A stretch of DNA of 64,000 nt from a virus. Position numbers and translations under genes: made by a program. Below, piece by piece: positions 37,190-44,690 of this stretch. The notes under the pieces were generated by a model. That model was not told where the DNA came from and ran no database searches. It saw only the letters and a list, made by a program, of their open reading frames with translations. The stretch's first letter is position 1. Every line of letters starts with the position of its first letter. The stretch is taken from IMG/VR virus record IMGVR_UViG_3300044568_003751, positions 25,312-89,311 of that record; one strand, 5' to 3'.

Positions 37190-37417
37190 TGCTCTGCGTC
37201 CCCCGGCGGTAATTATAGTGTATCAGAAATTTGGTCAGCAAGCGATTAACTCACCAATTAGTCTATTCATCACTTACACCCTCCACCCGCTTCCCGACAG
37301 GGACCGTTCTCGTATTGCTAACGCCGGTTAGGTTGGACCGCTGATTGCTCAGTGAAACTTTTCCGTTTCAGAACCACCCGTAGTTGTCACACTACTTCTC
37401 ATCGTCGGGGTCAGACT
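37190..37417 (-). ncRNA. Unannotated structured RNA of about 230 nt
   Basis: Closing pairings TCTG/CAGA, CCCC/GGGG, GGTGGTT/AATTACC; several internal hairpins; no convincing ORF. Confidence 0.6.
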
Positions 37418-37508
37418 ATCCAGTGACGCTGGAACGTTTGGGAGAGGCCACGGTTGCAGGATCTAGTGCCTTTTGCAAGGGAAGTATCCAGGCGGTGCGG
37501 CCTCAAAC
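37418..37508 (-). ncRNA. Small structured RNA 3' of tRNA-Asp
   Basis: GTTTG/CAAAC, GAGGCCGC/GTGGCCTC, CCTT-GCAA-AAGG. Confidence 0.45.
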
Positions 37509-37509
37509 T

Positions 37510-37585
37510 TGGCGGTCTTAGGGGGTAACGATCCCCACTCTTACGGCGTGACAAGCCGTCGTGCGTCCATGAACACTTTAAGACC
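37510..37585 (-). tRNA. tRNA-Asp(GUC)
   Basis: TTGTCAC loop, GCCA end; T loop ATCGTTA. Confidence 0.92.
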
Positions 37586-37588
37586 AAA

Positions 37589-37742
37589 TTTTTATAGTCA
37601 AGCACCGAGAATGCCAATTTAGGAGTCCTGCGCTAACAGTTCCAAAGCCGATGCAGTTATATTAGGATCAGTCGCCGGCCGCTGTGACCCGAATAGTGTT
37701 GGCGTCCCAACACGATACCTTATCGATGCTTGACTATAAAAA
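37589..37742 (-). ncRNA. Unannotated RNA closed by a 16-bp perfect stem
   Basis: TTTTTATAGTCAAGCA ... TGCTTGACTATAAAAA; internal GTGTTGG-GACG-CCAACAC. Confidence 0.6.
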
Positions 37743-37745
37743 CAA

Positions 37746-37821
37746 TGGTGCTCCGTGGGGGAATCGAACCCCTCCTTACCCGCGTGAAAGGCGAGTGTCC
37801 TAACCGATAGACGAACGGAGC
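37746..37821 (-). tRNA. tRNA-Glu(UUC)
   Basis: CTTTCAC loop, CCA. Confidence 0.93.
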
Positions 37822-37830
37822 ATGTGATTT

Positions 37831-38024
37831 TACATTGAGGAACCATGTGGATCTTATTCTGCTTGGCTTGCGAGGCCAAGTCACCACGGTCATTACTGCC
37901 AGACGATCCGCCGCTTTTCTGAAACTGCAAGCAGTCTCGGCTTCATGACTGATAGCAAGTGGGCATCCGCCGATGCCAATTCACTTCTACCAATGCCACT
38001 AACGGGTCTGGTAACCTCTTTGTA
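37831..38024 (-). ncRNA. Unannotated multibranched RNA of about 195 nt
   Basis: TACA..GAGG/CCTC..TGTA closure, CCAGAC/GTCTGG, GGCATC/GATGCC, GAGACTG/CAGTTTC, CTTGGC/GCCAAG. Confidence 0.6.
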
Positions 38025-38081
38025 TATTTTAAAGATCTGTTGCAAGTAGTCTCGATCGACTTTGTTGCTTTGTTAAGTTCT

Positions 38082-38110
38082 ATTGTAGCAGAGTTTCAAT
38101 TTATGGTCTA
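38082..38110 (-). promoter_or_regulatory. Internal sigma70-type promoter
   Basis: TAGACC-N17-TACAAT with TG extended -10. Confidence 0.55.
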
Positions 38111-38114
38111 GCAC

Positions 38115-38143
38115 AAAAAAGAAAACCCTCCGAAGTGGAGGGT
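38115..38143 (-). terminator. Intrinsic terminator of putative attenuator 2
   Basis: ACCCTCC-ACTTC-GGAGGGT followed by TTTCTTTTTT. Confidence 0.88.
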
Positions 38144-38165
38144 CTTTGTAAGTAGTACTTTCGTA

Positions 38166-38243
38166 TTACAGGCAAAGTCCCCAATGGCAATCCCACTCAT
38201 GTTCTGAGCGAAGGGTTGTGATGATTGCAGTTGTTTGGTTCAT
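38166..38243 (-). CDS. Putative leader peptide 2 (25 aa, MNQTTAIITTLRSEHEWDCHWGLCL)
   Basis: ATG 6 nt after TATAAT; 3' end complementary to the terminator 5' arm. Confidence 0.6.
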   Translation of the reverse strand: MNQTTAIITTLRSEHEWDCHWGLCL

Positions 38244-38249
38244 AAGTGT

Positions 38250-38278
38250 ATTATATATGACAAGTGATTGAAAGTCAA
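38250..38278 (-). promoter_or_regulatory. Sigma70 promoter heading the Glu/Asp/Met operon
   Basis: TTGACT-N17-TATAAT. Confidence 0.8.
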
Positions 38279-38329
38279 GGCTTTTTGGCTCGATTGCAAG
38301 CAGGATCTCAACAAACTGTGTTACTTTGC

Positions 38330-39223
38330 TCATTTCTTAGTCAATAGTTTTACTGCCTGTTGATACTCACGCTCAATATCACGTGCAAACTCATCGGGTG
38401 TTTGTTTTCGGGGAACTCCAGCATGTACCACAGTAACAATTTGTTTTTGCACTTCTTCGTTGGCTCTAGCACTTTCTAGCACATTGTACAAGCGATCACG
38501 TGTGTCTTTGGGGGTGCCCGGTGGCGCCCAGAACCCAGTCCAGCCTTCTTGGCTGATATTGTACCCAAGTTCCACAAGACTTTTTATACCATTACGTCCC
38601 TTTGGGGTTAGTACTGCCAGGCCGTTTAGTTCTCCAGTGGCAACTCGATCCTCCAACAAGAAAGTAACAGTGGTAACTTCGATACTCTTGTTCATCAATG
38701 CCAACATGGCCGCATTGTCACCGTTGTAGTTCACCATGATGAGATTGGGATTGTTGCCCAACAATTCTTCAAGTGCAATTCTGGTAATAGCGCCATTGTT
38801 GCCCACGGCTACTGTGCGTGTTTTCAATGCAGACTTCAGTTGCTCAACTGTGCGGATGTCGGAGTCTTTGCGACTGATCAGCATCTGACCGTTTGTGGCA
38901 CCACGCATGAGTGGCACAATCTTTGTCATGATTTCGTGGGCCGCGGGGTTACTGGCAGAATTGTAAACCACTGCACTGCTACCGGTATACATCACAGTGT
39001 TGCCGTCGGGCTTGGCTGCCATCAACTCCTGCATGCCAACTAGGCCTTCGGCGCCAGGTTTGTTGACCACTATGGCCTCAACGCCCTGGCGTGCCAATTC
39101 CTTGGCATACACACGTGCCGCAAGGTCAGTGTTGCCTCCGGCCGCATAGGTAACAATAATTTTCAATGGTTCTGCCGCATGAGCAGAAGCCACAAGTAAT
39201 AGTGAGAGTAAAAGTTTTTTCAT
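38330..39223 (-). CDS. Bug/TctC tripartite tricarboxylate transporter substrate-binding protein
   Basis: Signal peptide, YAAGGNTD..AR, NKPGAEG, KPDGNT, W.GFWAPPGTP. Confidence 0.92.
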   Translation of the reverse strand: MKKLLLSLLLVASAHAAEPLKIIVTYAAGGNTDLAARVYAKELARQGVEAIVVNKPGAEGLVGMQELMAAKPDGNTVMYTGSSAVVYNSASNPAAHEIMTKIVPLMRGATNGQMLISRKDSDIRTVEQLKSALKTRTVAVGNNGAITRIALEELLGNNPNLIMVNYNGDNAAMLALMNKSIEVTTVTFLLEDRVATGELNGLAVLTPKGRNGIKSLVELGYNISQEGWTGFWAPPGTPKDTRDRLYNVLESARANEEVQKQIVTVVHAGVPRKQTPDEFARDIEREYQQAVKLLTKK

Positions 39224-39918
39224 AGTTGATCGTAATCCAATTTAAAAGGTACGCTAGATTCAGCAAGTGCTGTGAAACGATCTGTGACCAGGCCACTCAA
39301 TCGCAACAGAGCCCTGTGCCAATATCCAGCGTTAAAAGTGCTATGAGCACCTGTGGGCCAATCCCAATGCACAACATCTCCTGCTTGCCAGTGAGTGTAA
39401 ATTTCGTCTCCAAAAATAATACCTTGTCCCCAGCGCCAGTCAGTGAGCAATATTAACACACGACTGGCAGTGCGTCTATCATTTTGAAAAGCCGCAATTT
39501 CTTCGTCACTGAATTGAATCTTGTGTATACTGGATTCTTCAGGCGTGATATAACCGTATCCAAGTTCGTCGATGTGCAATGGTTGCAATGCACCTGGCGC
39601 AAGTGTTTGTACTCGACCACTGGGCTTGCGATAGCCAATCAAATGACCAATACGTTCTACCACGGTGGTATCGGTAACCAACCATCTATCAAAGTCTTTT
39701 GGGTCTGCGGACTCGCCAACAATGGTGCTGATATCAGTGTCTTTGTAGCCCAGTTCTTGGGTCAACTGTTCTGCCACTGCCAGCCGGCTGATGTGTTTTG
39801 CTTCCTGCAAACTGGGAATACTTTGTGCAATAGTCTGTCCGTGACTTAGAAATTTATTCCAACTTTGATGTGGAGGGATATTACGGATGTTGCCTATATA
39901 TTTATAATGTTTTGTCAT
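39220..39918 (-). CDS. Hypothetical cupin/2OG-Fe(II)-like protein
   Basis: PG..QPLHID, W.AGDV..W, HSTFNAG..R. Confidence 0.6.
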   Translation of the reverse strand: MTKHYKYIGNIRNIPPHQSWNKFLSHGQTIAQSIPSLQEAKHISRLAVAEQLTQELGYKDTDISTIVGESADPKDFDRWLVTDTTVVERIGHLIGYRKPSGRVQTLAPGALQPLHIDELGYGYITPEESSIHKIQFSDEEIAAFQNDRRTASRVLILLTDWRWGQGIIFGDEIYTHWQAGDVVHWDWPTGAHSTFNAGYWHRALLRLSGLVTDRFTALAESSVPFKLDYDQL

Positions 39919-39976
39919 GAAAATAAGACTGCAACTCAGCAGTGTAATCATATTGTACGTGCATTCAGCACTTGAG

Positions 39977-40141
39977 TCAAGTCTTTTTGGTAAGGTTACA
40001 AGCAGGATCTCGGCAGGCACTAATTCGTTTGCGATCACAGTCAGGGCAGTCCTTGATTCTGATCCACGTGGCAGGCATAAACCTTACCACTTCGTTTTTG
40101 CCGGGTTTGTCCCTGCTGTCACATTCGATAGCATGTTGCAT
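39977..40141 (-). CDS. Small Cys-rich protein (54 aa, CPDC..C..C)
   Basis: Read by eye; AAGGAGA RBS. Confidence 0.55.
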   Translation of the reverse strand: MQHAIECDSRDKPGKNEVVRFMPATWIRIKDCPDCDRKRISACRDPACNLTKKT

Positions 40142-40229
40142 AATGTCTCCTTGACATACATATACAACGCCTTAGCCTGCTAACGGGTTGACAACAAAAG
40201 GTCTCTAACTCAGATTCCGCTGTGAGACT

Positions 40230-41135
40230 TCATTTCTGAGTGGCCAAAAGTGCATGAGTCAAGGGATGGAATCTTATGTAGAAAGTTGAACTCTTGGTTG
40301 TGTCTATGTTAAATGCAATATTTCTCCAGCTTTGACAACGATTTATATACAAAAATCTATCTTGACTATGTAACTTCCAATCTATTTGCAAATAGGGATC
40401 GGTCATGTCCGAGAATGGGATGTCAATTTGATAATTGGCCAAATCTAATTTTCTACGTAGATGTTGATTGACTTTGAAACTATCTATTACCTGTGACTGT
40501 TCCACTTTTGTTTCTGGAATCTGTGCTACCGGTAAATTTATTTGATTGTGTTGGTAATAAAGATTGTCACGATAGACACCAATTGACTGATTGATTTGAT
40601 CTTGATAATCTTTGAATACTGGCACTCCGGGGTCAAATTCTGCGGATCGTTCTATGTTGACCAGTCCTATTTCAAGATCAATGCCGTCGGGAATCCAACG
40701 ATGATTGTGATTGAGATTAAAGCCTTTTTCAACATGATCGACCAAGAAGGCAAAATTTTCAATGAAACAATCGTTGGCAAAAGTTTCGGTTATGATAACA
40801 TCAATTGGGTCGTGTGGCCAACTGTATCTGTCCACGCTGAGAATATCTGCGCATATCAAAGTTATTGTATCAGATAGCCCAGATTTTTCTATAAAGTTTT
40901 TTGTGACTGCATAGTTGATTGGATTGTATTCGAAACTATAAACTTTTTTAGCCCCAGCCTGAGCGGCCAGTACGCTCAACAATCCGGTGCCGGCTCCTAT
41001 GTCTAAAACCACCTTACCGCAAACATCATGTAAAGATTGCTGATAAAACTGATTGCGAGCATGATCATTGATCATCAAGAGATCAAAACCAAATGATTTG
41101 CCATCCCAGTTAATATTTTTTAGTAGATTATCCAT
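40230..41135 (-). CDS. SAM methyltransferase resembling protein arginine methyltransferases
   Basis: MIND..RN..Y, VLDIGAGTGLLS..AAQAGAKKVY, DVIITE..E. Confidence 0.8.
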   Translation of the reverse strand: MDNLLKNINWDGKSFGFDLLMINDHARNQFYQQSLHDVCGKVVLDIGAGTGLLSVLAAQAGAKKVYSFEYNPINYAVTKNFIEKSGLSDTITLICADILSVDRYSWPHDPIDVIITETFANDCFIENFAFLVDHVEKGFNLNHNHRWIPDGIDLEIGLVNIERSAEFDPGVPVFKDYQDQINQSIGVYRDNLYYQHNQINLPVAQIPETKVEQSQVIDSFKVNQHLRRKLDLANYQIDIPFSDMTDPYLQIDWKLHSQDRFLYINRCQSWRNIAFNIDTTKSSTFYIRFHPLTHALLATQK

Positions 41136-41188
41136 GTAAGGTTAAAGTTGCTCCGAGCAAATATTTATATTGGCAATTTTTGTTTATA

Positions 41189-41210
41189 AAAATAGGCTCC
41201 GGGGAGCCTA
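41189..41210 (-). terminator. Intrinsic terminator after tmRNA
   Basis: TAGGCTCC-CC-GGAGCCTA followed by U tract on -. Confidence 0.8.
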
Positions 41211-41212
41211 CC

Positions 41213-41501
41213 TGGTGATTTCTGTTACGAGGTATTTCCTACCCTAGGCTACAATCAAGCGGCCAATGCGAACTGTGAGTCGTTTGCGTTTACTTTTGTT
41301 TAGTTTTTACGACTATCGCTGTCGTGCTGTCCACTCTGTTACTCTTTGCCCTGTCGAAACTATGCAGGCCCGGCATAAAAACACAATACCAAAGTAAATT
41401 TACACGGAATACCAAAGTAAATTTATTATGCTTTTATGGTGGACCTGGGGGGATTCGCACCCCCGTCCAGAACACTTTTCTCTCGGCTTCATACAGCAAT
41501 A
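41213..41501 (-). ncRNA. ssrA: Circularly permuted (two-piece) tmRNA, tag (A)ANDSQFALAA
   Basis: Acceptor piece ..GGGGGTGCGAATCCCCCCAGGTCCACCA (ends 41437) precedes the coding piece GGGCCTG..TTCGAC (starts 41371); tag at 41255-41287. Confidence 0.92.
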
Positions 41502-41543
41502 ACTTACATTATACATTTGTATAACGCTGTTGTCTATTTATTC

Positions 41544-42593
41544 TTACATATTGGCAAAATAATTCTTGATTTCGCCTTGTCTTCTGATATCAACAGTTAT
41601 ACAATGCAAGCCGCCATCCCAAAATCCTCTGGTGCGGAATGGTAGTACGTGAACATTAAATCCATGTTTCTCCAGTTGTTCAAAAACATTTTGATCGCTA
41701 CCTATCACCAAAATATTTTTTTCATCTACTATCAAACAGTTTACTTCAAAGAATGTTTCGGTGTAATTTCCTATCCATTCTTTAGCATGTTCCAAAACAA
41801 AATTGTTGAAATTTGGACTCATTGGTAAATTTGGAACATACCAGCGCCCATTACCAGAATTGGGAAACGTTGCTGCCAGCAATGCGGCATGATTCTTGAA
41901 TTCGGGTTTTGCTACACTGATGAAATCCCAACCTGGAAAATTGTCTTTATAGTATTCAAAATAAGCAGTGACCAACAACAACCCGGGACGTAACACAGCA
42001 AATCCTGCATCACAGTGTCCACCTTGGGTGAGCATGTGACATTTATGATTTGGCCATAGATGTGGTACGTGTTTTTGAAATTCTAACAGGCGTTCTTGTG
42101 CATCTACATTCCAGTCAAATCCAGTATCCAAGAAAAAATCTTGCCCCAATTTGACTGCATTTGCACCAATGAGATTCAACCTACAAGGATTTTTTATAAC
42201 CCTTGACTCCGGGTCATTGGTATATTCCTCCAGCAAATGTCTCCAAGGAAAATTTTCTTTTAATCTTTCATCCAGCCAAGTGTCCACTACCATGGTATTG
42301 CCAAATGTTAGAAAACTATCTCGAGGGCATATTTCAGGTTTGAACAGCATTCCGTCAGGAGAAGAAAAATAATCTTCTCTGCGATCCGAATACACAGGGC
42401 GCCGAACCTTGACTCCCAGTTGTTCCAGTTTGTTGTGTATGATTTGGAGATCTTCTCGGGTCCACTCGATGATTGTTTTTAATACATCTCTATAGTTTAC
42501 ATCCACGTGGTCAAAGAACTCTGGTGGATATACATCTCCCAACCAAACTTCTTCTAATTTTGTAAAACTATCAAATGACTTGATTAACGGCAT
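41544..42593 (-). CDS. Amidinotransferase, second paralog
   Basis: LEEVWLG, PRD, GHCD, FEVN, WDGGLHCIT.DIRR. Confidence 0.85.
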   Translation of the reverse strand: MPLIKSFDSFTKLEEVWLGDVYPPEFFDHVDVNYRDVLKTIIEWTREDLQIIHNKLEQLGVKVRRPVYSDRREDYFSSPDGMLFKPEICPRDSFLTFGNTMVVDTWLDERLKENFPWRHLLEEYTNDPESRVIKNPCRLNLIGANAVKLGQDFFLDTGFDWNVDAQERLLEFQKHVPHLWPNHKCHMLTQGGHCDAGFAVLRPGLLLVTAYFEYYKDNFPGWDFISVAKPEFKNHAALLAATFPNSGNGRWYVPNLPMSPNFNNFVLEHAKEWIGNYTETFFEVNCLIVDEKNILVIGSDQNVFEQLEKHGFNVHVLPFRTRGFWDGGLHCITVDIRRQGEIKNYFANM

Positions 42594-43305
42594 AATTTTC
42601 CTGGGCGGGATCTGTCATCATCACAACTTCTAACCATCTTTTCCTATATATTTTTACAGCCTGGTGATCTATGGGTGCTATATTTAACCAGTCACAACAA
42701 CGATCTAAATTTTGTAAAACCAACTGCTCTTCATCATACCAAAGACAATTCCAATGGAACGGGTCAGAAACCTGTTGCAAAACAACTTCAATATCCGCGT
42801 CCCAAAGTTCAGAAACCAAACGATGCGATGGCCTATTTCCCAATCGACGTCGTTTGTTAAACTGAGAAAAATTATTGAAGATTATGAGTTTTGCATTTGG
42901 CCAAAATATCTTGTACTGTCTGACGGAAAAAGTGTCATGGCATGCCAAGAAAAAATATTGTTTGCTACGGAATATTTCATCCATCACCGGATGAATATAT
43001 TTCTCAACTATGTGTTTGAAATTCAGATTAGAGAAGGCACTGTTATTAGCAGGGAATCCCAGTAATTCTACAAATCCCAATCCAAGATCGTCCCAATACC
43101 CTTGTTGCTGGCATTGATCCAATCTTGTCATTAGATAATCTACCTTGGATTGAAAATCAAATTTCCCCAACAGTTGTTTTTGGGCCAAATCACTGTGAGA
43201 AAAAACACAATTATCAGATAACCCCAAACAATTGATTAAAAAATTTCCACCAGCACCCATTGGATAACATACCAAAATTACCTTGTCACTTTGATTATCT
43301 AACAT
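42571..43305 (-). CDS. Hypothetical protein (YPxGAGGNFL, possible P-loop/sulfotransferase-like)
   Basis: 244 aa, AT-rich. Confidence 0.6.
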   Translation of the reverse strand: MLDNQSDKVILVCYPMGAGGNFLINCLGLSDNCVFSHSDLAQKQLLGKFDFQSKVDYLMTRLDQCQQQGYWDDLGLGFVELLGFPANNSAFSNLNFKHIVEKYIHPVMDEIFRSKQYFFLACHDTFSVRQYKIFWPNAKLIIFNNFSQFNKRRRLGNRPSHRLVSELWDADIEVVLQQVSDPFHWNCLWYDEEQLVLQNLDRCCDWLNIAPIDHQAVKIYRKRWLEVVMMTDPAQENYAVNQVI

Positions 43306-43347
43306 GAGTACGATCTGTTGTAAAATATTTTATCATTGGAAAAACTA

Positions 43348-43530
43348 TTAATCTTTTGAACGCTGATTGCAAGCAGCCACAATACGTTTATTTTGGGCTT
43401 GATATTCTTCGCGTTTTTGGACCCGGGCTTGTTCACATTCTGCTTGAGTCTTGTACTTGGCTTGTTCACCATACTCAGGCACAGGGCCTAACACACTAAA
43501 ACTCAACACCCAGATCAATGTCCGGCTCAT
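43348..43530 (-). CDS. Small exported-type protein with two Cys
   Basis: Hydrophobic N-terminus, TQAECEQA..C. Confidence 0.6.
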   Translation of the reverse strand: MSRTLIWVLSFSVLGPVPEYGEQAKYKTQAECEQARVQKREEYQAQNKRIVAACNQRSKD

Positions 43531-43573
43531 GGCAAAATCCTAACTGCTTTATTTATAGTCAATCAGTTGGATA

Positions 43574-44689
43574 TCATGTGCCGATACAGTACTCCTTTGA
43601 CCATGTAAATTTCAAACTGCTAAAACGCATGTCGCCGGATCTAAACCAGCCGTTGTTCTTTAGCCAATTGACAAAACCAAACTCACTGGTTAGATTATGA
43701 AATCCTTTGAGATAGTTCACCGCCGCCGGATTGTTATTGGACAAGTCATGAAGCAGGTATTGATCAGAACTGTGTACATTGCGCCAGTCGCCTTGGACCT
43801 GTAGTTGCAGTTGATCAAAAGATTCATTACCAATTTTTTGTGTGTGACTGACTCCAATATAAACTTCATCGTGTCTACCACATGCCGTGGCCCAGGCACG
43901 ATATCCTGCAGGGTCCTTGTCCCATTTGGCTTCGGCCCAGTCATTGTTGTACAGCGGTTGTGCAGTTTGTTTGATGATACGGTTGACTGCATGTTTGACC
44001 ATGTGTGCTTGTTTGATTGCAATCAAGGGCTCAAAGAAAAAATGCTCAATGTAATCGTGTCCCATTGTGGGTTGTAGCACCATGCTGAGTTGTCTATGAT
44101 ACCAAGCACCGTCACGATAGACCAGTCTAGGCTTTTCATAACCACCTATGGCTTTCCATGTGTGCCCAGCATGATTCTTTTCGCACAAAAATTTCACAGC
44201 ATCTGCAGAACTTGTGTTGCCGTATTTGAGCAAATCGCCTTTGTCTTTCCACACCCAGTCTTCATCAGGCAAATCAATCAGTCGCAGGTCAGTGTCGTGA
44301 TCATCGTAGCGTGTGATAATAGTGGTTGGATCCCAGTGATTTTTTCGAATCCAGTCCACATTGCGCTCGGGAAACATTTCAGAATCCTCACCTGCTTTGA
44401 TAATCAGTTCGTCAATGTGAATATTGTTGCGTTTAAAAATGTTGTAGATAGTATGACTGTCAGTGCCGCCACTCCATAACAGGATCAGTCGCTCATATTT
44501 CTCACGCAAGGCAAGAGCATGTTGCGTCATCAAGAAGTCTAGCGATGCTTCGGGTTCCAGAGTCCAATCAAATTGATCAAACTCATAGTCGTAACAGTAA
44601 AATTTAAGTTCGTGATTGTTTTTCCAGCAATCTCGTAGGGCTAGAAACACATTGTTGTAATGTTGCCCGTTTACTTGATATGATACCAT
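43574..44689 (-). CDS. PP-loop protein of unknown function
   Basis: LREKY..LWSGGTDS..FKRNNIHIDEL, GYEKPR. Confidence 0.7.
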   Translation of the reverse strand: MVSYQVNGQHYNNVFLALRDCWKNNHELKFYCYDYEFDQFDWTLEPEASLDFLMTQHALALREKYERLILLWSGGTDSHTIYNIFKRNNIHIDELIIKAGEDSEMFPERNVDWIRKNHWDPTTIITRYDDHDTDLRLIDLPDEDWVWKDKGDLLKYGNTSSADAVKFLCEKNHAGHTWKAIGGYEKPRLVYRDGAWYHRQLSMVLQPTMGHDYIEHFFFEPLIAIKQAHMVKHAVNRIIKQTAQPLYNNDWAEAKWDKDPAGYRAWATACGRHDEVYIGVSHTQKIGNESFDQLQLQVQGDWRNVHSSDQYLLHDLSNNNPAAVNYLKGFHNLTSEFGFVNWLKNNGWFRSGDMRFSSLKFTWSKEYCIGT

Positions 44690-44690
44690 G

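Noticed and set aside
33086-37930. ORF-track calls across the tRNA region (e.g. 33700, 34492, 34859, 35227, 37411, 37619)
   Set aside because: They overlap clear tRNA cloverleaves or structured RNAs and have no RBS.
41385-41425. 18-nt direct repeat as a mini-CRISPR
   Set aside because: Only two copies 5 nt apart, inside the tmRNA intervening segment; no cas genes or spacers.
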